A stretch of 64,000 nt of DNA from Eubacteriales bacterium (GCA_045542335.1 JAZQKV010000086.1:69348-133347); one strand, 5' to 3'; shown: positions 52,096-61,968, counted from the stretch's first letter. Numbers and translations: made by a program. The notes: a model not told the origin generated them from the letters alone.

Positions 52096-52131
52096 CAGAA
52101 CATAAACTTTTTGGAGAATAGTGCTGTATAA

Positions 52132-52824
52132 ATGAAAAAACAATCCGGAAACACCGGGGATTTACATAAAAATCACCGCAAACGTATGCAGAACAAAGTG
52201 CTAAACGGCGACATTGACAGTATGTATGACCATGAATTGCTTGAAATGCTGCTCTTTATTCCAATTCCAAGGGTTAACACCAATCCCATAGCTCACAGAT
52301 TGCTTAACAAGTTTGGAAGTATCCCGGAAGTGCTTCATGCCTCCGAAAGCGAACTCATAACCGTGGAAGGTGTTGGGAAAAGCACTGCAAAGTACCTCAA
52401 GTCCCTTGAAAAGCTCTTTGAAGATTTTGAGACCTGTTATCAACGTGAGCTTGTTGAACTATCAGAAACAAGTGTCGAAAAGCGTATCGACGAGATTGTC
52501 AACAATACTATTGCCGCGATAAAAGACTCAGACCCCGGCACAATGGCAATCTCTTTTCTTGGAGCAAATGGCTTGAGCAGAAAAATGTATGTAAGCAAAA
52601 GCAATGTGGTAAATTATCGTGAAGTTGTCCGCCTGTCATTGATGTACGGCATAAATTCAATTGTTATTTGCGAAAGAGTAAACGATGTTTCTTCGGCGTT
52701 AATCAAGAAAGTTGTTTCAATTCTTGAAGATGCCAACATTATGACGGTATTTGCCTATCTCGTCACAGACGGATTTTGCATCGAGCTTTTCAGCGGCGAA
52801 GTAAGTGAGCCGACAGACTATTGA
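52132..52824 (+). CDS. RadC-like protein (N-terminal HhH region intact, degenerate JAB domain)
   Basis: HRKRM, DHELLEMLL, NPIAHRLL.KFGS, EL..VEGVG; no HNHPSG motif in C-terminus. Confidence 0.75.
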   Translation: MKKQSGNTGDLHKNHRKRMQNKVLNGDIDSMYDHELLEMLLFIPIPRVNTNPIAHRLLNKFGSIPEVLHASESELITVEGVGKSTAKYLKSLEKLFEDFETCYQRELVELSETSVEKRIDEIVNNTIAAIKDSDPGTMAISFLGANGLSRKMYVSKSNVVNYREVVRLSLMYGINSIVICERVNDVSSALIKKVVSILEDANIMTVFAYLVTDGFCIELFSGEVSEPTDY

Positions 52825-52848
52825 TTCTCCCATAATAAAGTAAAAAAG

Positions 52849-52877
52849 TGCAGCTTCCGTTTCTTTTGGAAGCTGCA
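52849..52877. terminator. Bidirectional terminator
   Basis: TGCAGCTTCC...GGAAGCTGCA. Confidence 0.75.
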
Positions 52878-52921
52878 TTTTGTAATTGCCCTTTTTGAGT
52901 CACAACCTTGTTGTGCACCTG

Positions 52922-54103
52922 TTATTTTTCCTTTTTACCGTTTGTACAAGCGCTGACATTTGAACAGATATTGCAATCCCTGCAAGTGCCCTCTGCCATT
53001 TTGTATTCGCCGTCAGTTATTCCGGGGTAGTTCTTTTCGAGATATTCTTCACGGTAAGGATTTACTCCGGGCGAAACACTTTCGGGCTTGTTTGGAATCA
53101 ACCAGCTCTTTTTCTTGTAGAACGGATTTTTAAATGTGTTCTCTATGCGACCACTTTTTTCAAGAGCATTCATACAGGCACGGATACAGCCTCTTGCACC
53201 GCACACCGCAAAATAGCCCGTATGGGAGAGAATGTAGTTATAATATTCCATAACATCCGAAGTTTCGGGCTTTCTGCCCCATTTTGCAGTTGCCATGGAA
53301 TAGCAGAGAATATAAGCCTCCTCCTCGGTCATTTCGCTGTTTCGCACATCAAATGCCATGTTGGGAAATTCCTTTTTGTGGAAGGGAGAACACTCATTGT
53401 TAAAGCCGTGATGTGAAAGAGTGCATCTACCCATGCGCACATCTCCGTACCATATCTTTTTCTCGCCGAAATCCACTTCAAGACGCTTTGTTTCGTCCTT
53501 AACATCCGGCACTGCATCTCCGGGACATTCCCTTGCGCACGCACCGCAATGGATGCAAATATCGCCTGTGTCAAGGATGGGATCGGGTTCAAGCTCGCAG
53601 TCTGTGAAAATAAGACCAAGACGCACTCTCGGTCCGAACTTCTTTGTGAGGAACACCTTTGAGAAACCCACCTCGCCAAGTCCGCATCCTGCCGCAATAA
53701 GTCGCACGCTGCAAACCACATTCGGCGGCACCTTGTCGGGAGCCACAGGTTTGTTTATGGTTGAGTTTCCCTCGGGAACTGCAGGATAGTGCGCAACCGC
53801 TTCCCAGCCATGGTCCTCTATGAAACAGCAAAGCTCATAGGATTTTTTTGGGCGAAAAAGCGAGTTTAATTTGTTGTAGGAATAAAAAGTATAGTTGTGC
53901 CAATGAGTGCCCTCCTCAATGCCTCTGTATGTACCTCGGGGGATTCTCATGGCAACGGCAATAACGGATTTTGCTTCGGGGAAATAAGTGAGGGGATTCA
54001 TAAGCTCGGGGGCGTTTTTAAAACGTTCCACATTACCTATAGCGATGCAGTCCAGACCTATTTCTGCCGCCTTATCCTTTATCATCTGTGATGTAAGCTT
54101 CAT
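52922..54103 (-). CDS. QueG/reductive-dehalogenase-like 4Fe-4S protein (paralog 2)
   Basis: FPEAKSVI, AAGCGLGEVG, FGPRVRL..IFTD.EL.PD, CIHCGAC..ECP, C...GC...C. Confidence 0.75.
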   Translation of the reverse strand: MKLTSQMIKDKAAEIGLDCIAIGNVERFKNAPELMNPLTYFPEAKSVIAVAMRIPRGTYRGIEEGTHWHNYTFYSYNKLNSLFRPKKSYELCCFIEDHGWEAVAHYPAVPEGNSTINKPVAPDKVPPNVVCSVRLIAAGCGLGEVGFSKVFLTKKFGPRVRLGLIFTDCELEPDPILDTGDICIHCGACARECPGDAVPDVKDETKRLEVDFGEKKIWYGDVRMGRCTLSHHGFNNECSPFHKKEFPNMAFDVRNSEMTEEEAYILCYSMATAKWGRKPETSDVMEYYNYILSHTGYFAVCGARGCIRACMNALEKSGRIENTFKNPFYKKKSWLIPNKPESVSPGVNPYREEYLEKNYPGITDGEYKMAEGTCRDCNICSNVSACTNGKKEK

Positions 54104-54142
54104 CTGAAAACTCCTTTCGTATGAGATGTTGCGGCTTTTCCG

Positions 54143-55048
54143 TTATCTCTTTTTTGCACTTGTAAAGTTTCCGCCGGAAACAACGTCTGTCTTTTCTTCG
54201 ACGTATTTTCCGCACTCATCAAGTGCCCACGCATCTCTTTTTCTGAAAGAGTTTTCAAATTTGTTGCCGACAATTCCGTTTTCTTCAAGGTGGCAAAGAC
54301 AGGTTCTGTTGCAAAGTGCGGCAACTCTGTCGGGCTTGCCCTTGGAGGAAAGTCTGTTGGGAGCAGCTCCGTTTTTACAGATTTTGCACTTTTCGTAATC
54401 AATTTTCGCAACAGTCATTTTCTTTCCGCAGATGTCGATTTCGGTTGTTTCGGTCTTGCTTATCGCACCGAGAGGACAAGCATCCGCACATTTTCCGCAG
54501 GCATCGCAGAGCTTTTTCTGCATAACGGGCGTGGGTTCAAGCTCTGCATCTGTGATAATCATGTGGAAACGCTGACGTGAGCCGTATTTCTCCGAAAGAG
54601 CAATGCCATTCATGCCGATTTCACAGATACCGCAAGCAACAGCCGCATAGTCAAAATCAGGGAAAACGTTGGGAGCAGGTCTGCCAGGCTCAACGGAAAC
54701 GCCCATAGGTGTAACTTCCGGAGGATTGGGGAAAAGAGGAACAGCCTCCCAGCCCTCGTCTTCAATTGCGTTTACAAGTCCATAGCACGCAATGGAGAGA
54801 AAATCATCTTCAAGCCAGGTTTTGCCGAAAAGGGTGTAGTCCTGAAAATTTGTCCCTTCCTCAACCCCTCTGAGTGCACCGCGGCAAATGCGTTTGCCAA
54901 TCATTATGACGGTTTTACCCTCGGGGAAAATTGAAAAAGGATTGTGTGCGGGATCTATACAGTCAAAGCGTTCTTTTGGAGCAAAGCCGATGAGGTCAAT
55001 TCCCTCTCGCTTCACAGCCTCCATGATTTTTTCTTTAAGTTGCTTCAT
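54143..55048 (-). CDS. QueG/reductive-dehalogenase-like 4Fe-4S protein (paralog 1)
   Basis: GIDLIGFA, FPEGKTVI, AAVACGICEIG, YGSRQRF..IITDAEL.P, CDACGKCADACP, C..C, C...C. Confidence 0.75.
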   Translation of the reverse strand: MKQLKEKIMEAVKREGIDLIGFAPKERFDCIDPAHNPFSIFPEGKTVIMIGKRICRGALRGVEEGTNFQDYTLFGKTWLEDDFLSIACYGLVNAIEDEGWEAVPLFPNPPEVTPMGVSVEPGRPAPNVFPDFDYAAVACGICEIGMNGIALSEKYGSRQRFHMIITDAELEPTPVMQKKLCDACGKCADACPLGAISKTETTEIDICGKKMTVAKIDYEKCKICKNGAAPNRLSSKGKPDRVAALCNRTCLCHLEENGIVGNKFENSFRKRDAWALDECGKYVEEKTDVVSGGNFTSAKKR

Positions 55049-55221
55049 AATACTTTCCTTTCATCTCCGTTTTGCCCGGAGCCTTTTATGCTTATTTGCA
55101 TTATAAACTTGTTTTTTAATTTTTGCAATAACAAAACACAATCAATTTTAACTTTTCGAAACTTGATTTGCTTATTTTTGCGTGATATAATGTTGTCATA
55201 AAAACAATTAGGAGGTATATT

Positions 55222-55854
55222 ATGCCTTTTGGTGCATGGCTACTTACATTCATGTTTATAGGTGCGTTTGCTTTCCTTTGGTATCAGGACCGTCATTTTT
55301 CTCCATTGGTTACGCTTGCATTTGTGCCCGCAGTAATATGTGTTGTTCTTATGTGTGTATTGCTCGCAGATGGATTCAACGGTGTGTGCATTACGGAAAC
55401 CGAAGTAGTTCTTGACCGTAAGATTGTCATTAAGAATAGCGGAAAGACAGCATGGTATAATTCTAATATGGCATTTCGTGATGAGAGCGGAAAATTTTAC
55501 TGGGGAATAGGTAAAGGTTTCAGTATTATCAGCAGCAACGAGCCTGAAAAGGTTCGAATCACGCATTTGCCAAAAACCGGATATGTCAAAAAAATAGAGT
55601 TTTACTACGACACAGAGAAGTATCTGAAAGGTATTGATAAGTTTGAAAATGATATTGATGATTCAGCATTGGCAGATTTTTTGGATTCTTCAGAAGTCGA
55701 CAGGTGTGAAGACGATCCAAACTATGTTTTGATTTATTCTGATGCCGATGAGTGGCTGAGTTATTGTGCAATAGTGCCAATTGCAATACTTTGGCTTATT
55801 ATAAAGGAAATTTTTAGAAAAGATAAAAAAACAGAGGAACACGAGAAAGAGTGA
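55222..55854 (+). CDS. Hypothetical membrane protein
   Basis: AGGAGG RBS; two N-terminal and one C-terminal hydrophobic segments; AT-richer than neighbours. Confidence 0.65.
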   Translation: MPFGAWLLTFMFIGAFAFLWYQDRHFSPLVTLAFVPAVICVVLMCVLLADGFNGVCITETEVVLDRKIVIKNSGKTAWYNSNMAFRDESGKFYWGIGKGFSIISSNEPEKVRITHLPKTGYVKKIEFYYDTEKYLKGIDKFENDIDDSALADFLDSSEVDRCEDDPNYVLIYSDADEWLSYCAIVPIAILWLIIKEIFRKDKKTEEHEKE

Positions 55855-55858
55855 TACA

Positions 55859-56647
55859 ATGCATTTCCCGGACAATATGATTGTGACAAGCTTTTACGCT
55901 TTCAGCCATGACTATGAAAAAACGCAACCCATCCATGTTGGCAAAGGACACGTTCACACGCTGACATTCCGCACAAGCGGTACAAAGGTCATCACCCCCA
56001 ACGGCACCGACAACGCTCGCACGCTTGTATCGGAAAAGGGCAGTATCACTTATCTTCCCAAGGGGGTTTCATATGACAGCGACACAATTCTCGGCGGTCA
56101 TATGTACTCTGTACATTTTGAGCTTGACAGTGAGAAAGCGTCAGCCGAGCCATTTGTCTTCACGCCGGGGATTGCCGCCTCTCCCATTACATTTGAAAAC
56201 CTTTTCCGAACCCTCTGCGACAATTTCCGTATTGCCTCTCCCGACACCTATACCTGTCTTTCTGTCTTATATGAAATTTTCGGTCTTATCAAAAGGGAAA
56301 CCGAAGCCGTGTCAAAGGTTGCAGTCCCAAAAAGAATGAGGCTTGCAAAGGAATATATTGACAAAAATTTCGGAAGTCCCGGACTTGCCATTTCTCATCT
56401 TGCGGCGGCTTCGGGTATCAGCGAGGTTTATTTCAGGCGTGAGTTCCGAGCCTGCTTCGGGGCATCTCCAATCGAGTATATAAAGTCGGTACGCCTTGAA
56501 AATGCAAAGGCACTGCTTGGAACAGGTCTTTATTCCGTCAGCGAGGTTGCAACTCGTTGCGGCTTTGACAGCATAAGCTATTTTTCAAGTGAATTTGGCA
56601 GGCTTTGCGGCATGACACCGACGGAATATGCAAAAACTAAAGGGTAA
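55859..56647 (+). CDS. AraC-family regulator
   Basis: ISEVYFRR.F...FG.SP.EY...RLE.AK.LL...SVSEVA..CGF....YFS..F....GMTP.EY. Confidence 0.9.
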   Translation: MHFPDNMIVTSFYAFSHDYEKTQPIHVGKGHVHTLTFRTSGTKVITPNGTDNARTLVSEKGSITYLPKGVSYDSDTILGGHMYSVHFELDSEKASAEPFVFTPGIAASPITFENLFRTLCDNFRIASPDTYTCLSVLYEIFGLIKRETEAVSKVAVPKRMRLAKEYIDKNFGSPGLAISHLAAASGISEVYFRREFRACFGASPIEYIKSVRLENAKALLGTGLYSVSEVATRCGFDSISYFSSEFGRLCGMTPTEYAKTKG

Positions 56648-56783
56648 AACAGAGTTTGCAAAAAAATCCTCCTGGATTATTTGCAAATTCCTGCAGGAAA
56701 CACACTTAAAAAAGAGTATAATTGTTTTGCGCTGTATCGGCTGATGCAACCGCACTGACATTGAAAGGAAAACAGCAAAACAC

Positions 56784-58154
56784 ATGAAACAAAAATCATA
56801 CATAACGGATTTTACACAAGGAAGCATACCAAAGCAACTGTTCTTGTTTGCAACACCTCTTTTTTTGTCAAGCCTTTTACAGGTGGTTTACAACATGGTT
56901 GACATGGTGGTAGTGGGAAATGTAATGGGGGATGTGGGTCTTTCGGCAGTTTCTGTCGGAGGAGACGTTACCACCTTTCTCACCTTTATCGCCATGGGAT
57001 TTTCAAATGCAGGTCAGGTCATTATTTCCCAATATATCGGCGAGAACAGACGTGACAAGGTTGGCAAGTTTATCGCAACCATGTTCACTTTTCTCACAGT
57101 CTGCGCAGTTATCGTGAGCCTTGTTTGCCTTATGCTCCGAAAGCCGATTCTTCGTCTTATGAACACCCCCGAGGTTGCCTTTGAGGAGGCTCTCGGATAT
57201 TCAACAATATGTATTATCGGACTTGTTTTTATTTATGGCTATAACATCGTTAGTGCTGTTCTCCGAGGCATCGGGGATTCAAAGCACCCCTTTATTTTTA
57301 TAAGCATTGCAGCAGTTCTTAACATTGTGCTTGACCTTCTCTTTGTTGTGGTAATTCCCATGGGTGCGGCAGGTGCGGCTCTCGCAACGGTTATAAGTCA
57401 GTGTGTCAGCTTTGTCACCTGTGCGGTGTTTCTTTACCGCAAACGTGAAACCCTTGGATTTGAGTTTAAGATGACGCATTTTCTGAAAATTGACGGCGAA
57501 ATGCTTTCGGATCTTGTAAAGCTCGGACTTCCCATGGCGATAAAAAGTGCCTCAATTCAGTTTTCAAAAATGTTTGTAAACTCATGGATAAACTCTTATG
57601 GTGTCGAGGTTTCTGCATTCGCAGGTGTTGCCAACAAATTCAACAGCATAAGCAACCTCATTTCAAATGCTCTCAACACCGCAGGCTCATCAATGGTAGG
57701 TCAGAACATCGGTGCAAAGAAGTTTAAGCGAGTGCCAAAAATTGCGCTTACAATTGCCGCCGCAACGCTCACAATTGCAACACTTTTAAGTCTTCTCATT
57801 GTCACATTTCCCGAACCGATTTTCGGAATATTTATCGAGGACGAATCCGAGGCAGCAGTTCTTCGTGTTGCCATGGAATATTTGCCCATTGCGGTGCTTA
57901 TTTTCTTTGGAAGTGCTTGCCGTGCTCCTGCCAACGCAATTCTCAACGGAAGCGGCAACTACAAAACCAACTTTGCCACCGCCATTTTCGATGGAATTCT
58001 CATGAGAATCGGCCTGTCCTTACTTTTCGGGCGAATGCTTGCCATGGATTATGTTGGCTTTTGGCTTGGAGATGCGCTTGCAGGCTTTACACCTATGGTC
58101 ATCGGAATTGTGTTTTATGCCACAGGACTCTGGAAAAAAGGCAAAAACGCCTGA
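56784..58154 (+). CDS. MATE-family efflux transporter
   Basis: T.GSI.K.L..FA.P, YNMVD..VVG, LRGIGDSK.P, NIVLD, GAALATVISQ, VGQNIGA. Confidence 0.92.
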   Translation: MKQKSYITDFTQGSIPKQLFLFATPLFLSSLLQVVYNMVDMVVVGNVMGDVGLSAVSVGGDVTTFLTFIAMGFSNAGQVIISQYIGENRRDKVGKFIATMFTFLTVCAVIVSLVCLMLRKPILRLMNTPEVAFEEALGYSTICIIGLVFIYGYNIVSAVLRGIGDSKHPFIFISIAAVLNIVLDLLFVVVIPMGAAGAALATVISQCVSFVTCAVFLYRKRETLGFEFKMTHFLKIDGEMLSDLVKLGLPMAIKSASIQFSKMFVNSWINSYGVEVSAFAGVANKFNSISNLISNALNTAGSSMVGQNIGAKKFKRVPKIALTIAAATLTIATLLSLLIVTFPEPIFGIFIEDESEAAVLRVAMEYLPIAVLIFFGSACRAPANAILNGSGNYKTNFATAIFDGILMRIGLSLLFGRMLAMDYVGFWLGDALAGFTPMVIGIVFYATGLWKKGKNA

Positions 58155-58190
58155 TAACCAATTGAATTTTCAGATTGCAAATATGTGACA

Positions 58191-58220
58191 AAGCAGGTAC
58201 GGCAAAATCCGTACCTGCTT
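58191..58220. terminator. Bidirectional terminator
   Basis: AAGCAGGTACGG...CCGTACCTGCTT. Confidence 0.75.
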
Positions 58221-58225
58221 CCCTT

Positions 58226-58861
58226 TTATATGATGTTTTCAATGATTTCATCAAGCTCCCTTTCCGAAATAACGCAGTCCCTTTCAAAGCATCTCTCCGT
58301 GACGGTGCGAAGAATTTTTTTACGCAAATCGGAATCATAGACATTTTTATAGATGTGTTGGCGCATTTGCGTAAGACCATCAAGGATGGTGTCAATGTTT
58401 TGCGGAATCACGCTGTCTATACGTTGCTTCAGGACAGCTGCCGCCGTTGGTACACATCCGGAGGTTGAAATTCCAATACAAAGTCGTTCCCCTGCCGTTA
58501 TTGCCGGAAAGAAAAATGTGCAAAGTTCCGGAACATCAGCCACATTCACAGGGATTTTTTCCTCTATGCAAAGCTCATGTATTTCTTCTGGGCAAATACC
58601 TGTCCCTTCACCCGGGCAAACCGCCACAAGTACGGGACAAAGCTTTTTAAGATGAGCCTTGCAAAAGCTTTCACAAAGTGTGACAACCCCGGGAAAACCT
58701 GAAAATACATTGAGATTTTCCTCAGTGAATGAGTCAGAGATGACAGTTATATCCGCACCAAATAGCGAGAGCTTATTTACTCTTGAAAGTGCAATTCTTC
58801 CACCGCCGACGATAAGTACCTTTTTGTGGAAAATGTCCGTAAAAAGAGGAAAATATGCCAT
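58226..58861 (-). CDS. Precorrin-2 dehydrogenase / sirohydrochlorin ferrochelatase (SirC/Met8p/CysG N-terminal type)
   Basis: YFPLF, VLIVGGG.IA, PVNVAD.PELCTFFFPA, IGISTSG..P. Confidence 0.82.
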   Translation of the reverse strand: MAYFPLFTDIFHKKVLIVGGGRIALSRVNKLSLFGADITVISDSFTEENLNVFSGFPGVVTLCESFCKAHLKKLCPVLVAVCPGEGTGICPEEIHELCIEEKIPVNVADVPELCTFFFPAITAGERLCIGISTSGCVPTAAAVLKQRIDSVIPQNIDTILDGLTQMRQHIYKNVYDSDLRKKILRTVTERCFERDCVISERELDEIIENII

Positions 58862-58866
58862 GTTTT

Positions 58867-59646
58867 TTACACCTCATTTGTACTTTTTCTGAGCTTGCAG
58901 TCGTAAAGAAATGAGCCACCGTTTTCGACTTTTGTTATTTCAACGCCATATGCCCTTGAAAGCGCACCACAGGAAAATATTTCGTCAGGACTTCCGAAAG
59001 CCGTAATTTTGCCTTGCTCCATCACAGCAACGTTGTGCGCAATTCCAAGAGCCGCAGAAATATCATGCAAAACAACAACAATTCCCTTGCCCTCGGCGGC
59101 AAGTTTTTTAAGAATCTCGCACACCTTGAGCTGATGTGAAATATCGAGAAAGGTCGTCGGCTCATCAAGAAGAATATAAGGCGATTGTTGGGCAAGAGCC
59201 ATGGCAATATATGCCTTTTGCCGTGTGCCGCCCGAAAGCTCGGAGAGCGATTTTCCCGCAAGGTGAGATATTTCCATTTGTTCCATTGCATCCTGCGCCG
59301 CCTGATAATCCTTTTTGCCGTAACGCCGTGGATAGCCGAGATGTGCAAAACGCCCATGAAGAACAAGCTGTCCAACGGTCATATCGGGCAGATTTTTTGA
59401 TTGTGAAAGATAGGAAACGCTTTTGGCAAGCTCCTTCTGAGAAAGGTTAAAAACAGACTTTCCATCAACCGAAATATTGCCGTCTGTTAATTGTGCAAGT
59501 CCGATGACCGATTTTAAGAGAGTGCTTTTTCCGCAGCCGTTGGACCCCATTATCGCCGTTATTTTTCCAGGCTCAAGCCTGAGTGAAATGTCGGTCAGAA
59601 CATTCCTTTTACCATAACCTACCGTTACTTTTTCAAATTCAATCAT
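58867..59646 (-). CDS. Iron-chelate/cobalamin/heme ABC transporter ATPase (FecE/BtuD-like)
   Basis: GSNGCGKST, LSGG.RQ, LLDEPTTFLD..HQ, VLHD. Confidence 0.9.
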   Translation of the reverse strand: MIEFEKVTVGYGKRNVLTDISLRLEPGKITAIMGSNGCGKSTLLKSVIGLAQLTDGNISVDGKSVFNLSQKELAKSVSYLSQSKNLPDMTVGQLVLHGRFAHLGYPRRYGKKDYQAAQDAMEQMEISHLAGKSLSELSGGTRQKAYIAMALAQQSPYILLDEPTTFLDISHQLKVCEILKKLAAEGKGIVVVLHDISAALGIAHNVAVMEQGKITAFGSPDEIFSCGALSRAYGVEITKVENGGSFLYDCKLRKSTNEV

Positions 59647-60643
59647 GGGAATGTCCTCCTTTGCTTTGTATAAGAAGAACAATAAAAAATGGTCCTCCGA
59701 AAATCGCCATAATTATTCCAACGGGTATTTCAAAAGGCGCAAAAATCATTCTTGCCACAACATCGCAAATGGTCACAAACGCCGCGCCGTAAAGCACACA
59801 AAGCGGTATCAAAACCGCACTTCCCATTTTTGCGCCACATCTTGATGCAACACGTCTCACAAAATGAGGAACAACAAGCCCCACAAAGCCAAGCAAACCT
59901 GAAAGGCTCACACTTGCTCCGGAAAGAAGTGCGGCAAGAATGAGAAACAGCGTTTTCGAGGTCTTCACAGACATTCCAAGTCCCTGTGCCGTTTCATCTC
60001 CGAGTGTGAGCACGTCAAGCTCGTTGCAAAGCGTGAAAGCAGTCACAAGTGCAAGTATAATAAGGATTCCCGCCGGTGCAAGTCTTGAATATGCAACCGA
60101 GGAAAAACCGCCCATTCTGAACTCCATGCTCATCACCGAAATCTCCGGATTTACAACGGTTATGCTCTCGCTTATGGCATTCAGAATGGAATTTATCGCA
60201 ACGCCGCCAAGAATAACCGTTGAGCGTGAAGCACCCATGCCATATGCCGCCGCCGAGATTATAAGCACCGCCGCAAGACTTCCCAAAAAGGCGGACAGCG
60301 AAACTGCCCATCCTGAAAGAAGTCCCATAGCAAGGCAAACCGTCACGCCAAGACCTGCCCCCGCATTTACACCGATTATTCCGGGAGATGCAAGCTTGTT
60401 TGAAAGCACACCTTGAAGAATTGCTCCCGAAACGGAAAGTGCCGCACCCGAAAGCATACACGCAACTGTTCTCGGAAGCCTCACATAAAAGAGTATATCC
60501 CGACTTGATTGCAAAAGCTGTGCAAGGGAAAGCTCCGAGCTTCCGAAGCAAATTCCGACAGCAAAAGCGACAGCACACAGAATCACTCCTGCAACAAAAA
60601 GAATTGCTGTTTTATTGTTCAAGGATTTTTTCAAGTTGTTCAT
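59639..60643 (-). CDS. FecCD/BtuC-family ABC permease
   Basis: RLPR, GA.L..SGA.LQ....N.LA.P...GV..GA, LG...A..LG, GFVGLVVPH, PVG....FGGPFF. Confidence 0.92.
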   Translation of the reverse strand: MNNLKKSLNNKTAILFVAGVILCAVAFAVGICFGSSELSLAQLLQSSRDILFYVRLPRTVACMLSGAALSVSGAILQGVLSNKLASPGIIGVNAGAGLGVTVCLAMGLLSGWAVSLSAFLGSLAAVLIISAAAYGMGASRSTVILGGVAINSILNAISESITVVNPEISVMSMEFRMGGFSSVAYSRLAPAGILIILALVTAFTLCNELDVLTLGDETAQGLGMSVKTSKTLFLILAALLSGASVSLSGLLGFVGLVVPHFVRRVASRCGAKMGSAVLIPLCVLYGAAFVTICDVVARMIFAPFEIPVGIIMAIFGGPFFIVLLIQSKGGHSHD

Positions 60644-61562
60644 AAGCTTGCCCCCAAAGTGAATTTGGTTTTAAGTTGTAAAGTCGTTTGTCCATGAAAT
60701 GTACTCTTCCATTTTTAACAGCATCAAGCTTTTGCCATGCAGGGTTTTCGTCAAAAAGGTCTTTTATGCTCTTTTTTGTTGCCTCGGCATTGTCACCTAC
60801 CTGTACCACGAAAATGTGTTGCGGATTTTGAGCGATAATGCTTTCAACGCTCAATGTTTCAAGAAGCGAAGAATCGCTGTCAGCAATGTTGATGCAACCG
60901 AGATCTGCAAGCATTTCGCCAAGAACATTGTCATGGCTGTTCTTTGCCCGGACGCTTGCCGCAGAGGCGCGCAGAAAAAGCACTTTGGGAGGATTTTTAT
61001 GATATTGGGCATTTTTGCTTTGCTCAATTGCGCTGTCAACGGTCTTTTTTACATCAAGTCCGTTTTTCTCATACAGGTCAGGTCTTGAGGTTATGTCGGT
61101 GCAGATTTTAAGCATACGCAGGTAATCATCAAAGCCCGAAACATCAAAGAAAGCAACCGTAATATTTGCCGCTTCAAGGGTGGGAAGCCAATCAAGATGT
61201 TGCTTTGTATTGGTGCTTGCAATGACAAAATGAGGCTTTGATGCAAGCAGAATTTCAAGACTCAGGTTTTTTGTAGCGCCGAGATTTGCGGCATTTGGAA
61301 TCTGCTCTCCGAGCCCGAAGTCGTCCCAGGCATCATCTGCCGTGGCGCAAAGGTTTGGTCCTCCCCCCGACAGCACCCACACATCCGCAAAGCTTCCGAG
61401 AAGAGCAGCGGTGCGTTCGAAAGATGGGATGCTGACCTGCCTTCCGAGGTCATCGGTGAAGGTGTACGACGGATTTTTTACCGTTGTACGGGAGGTACAG
61501 CCACAGAAAAGTGTAGCGGAAAGTATGGTCAACGCAAAGGCGTTAAAGAGAAGTCTTTTCAT
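60612..61562 (-). CDS. ABC substrate-binding lipoprotein (Peripla_BP_2; BtuF/IsdE/FhuD-like)
   Basis: Lipobox LFCGC, FTDDLGR.V, LE.LL...P, E.II.QNP, W..L.AVKNGRV. Confidence 0.88.
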   Translation of the reverse strand: MKRLLFNAFALTILSATLFCGCTSRTTVKNPSYTFTDDLGRQVSIPSFERTAALLGSFADVWVLSGGGPNLCATADDAWDDFGLGEQIPNAANLGATKNLSLEILLASKPHFVIASTNTKQHLDWLPTLEAANITVAFFDVSGFDDYLRMLKICTDITSRPDLYEKNGLDVKKTVDSAIEQSKNAQYHKNPPKVLFLRASAASVRAKNSHDNVLGEMLADLGCINIADSDSSLLETLSVESIIAQNPQHIFVVQVGDNAEATKKSIKDLFDENPAWQKLDAVKNGRVHFMDKRLYNLKPNSLWGQAYEQLEKILEQ

Positions 61563-61581
61563 TGTGATTCAGCTCCTGTTT

Positions 61582-61740
61582 TCACTTTTTTCCATATTGC
61601 ATAGGTGTCATGCCGTACTTTGCCTTAAAACGTCCGTTAAAGCAAGAGGCACTGCAAAAGCCTGTTTGTTAAGCAACATTCGAAACCAATACTTCGGGAC
61701 GGCGTAAGACTTTTGGACAATTTATTTTAGCATATATTGA
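61582..61740 (-). pseudogene. Relic AraC HTH fragment with in-frame stop
   Basis: Minus frame reads AKINCPKVLRRPEVLVSNVA*QTGFCSASCFNGRFKAKYGMTPMQYGKK*. Confidence 0.65.
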
Positions 61741-61968
61741 AATGCTTCTCCACCTGATATTGTTAATTTTCCCCAAAACGACGCATATTTTTCCTGAAAA
61801 TGCATTTACAGATGTCGGCAAACATGATACAGCCCAAACATGATAACAAATATCAACAGCAAAGGAACAACACGAGATAGTTAATTTGCGCCTCCCTTGC
61901 TTTTAATTTCTCAACTAAACAAACCAATTTTTATAGCATTACACTTTTTGAATTTTTTGCGAAAGGTA

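Noticed and set aside
54100-54411. Separate 103-aa ORF
   Set aside because: It is an alternate frame inside paralog 1; only its last codons matter, as a possible frameshifted tail
61560-61960. Cobalamin riboswitch upstream of the ABC operon
   Set aside because: No recognisable B12-box or core motifs; the region holds an AraC relic instead
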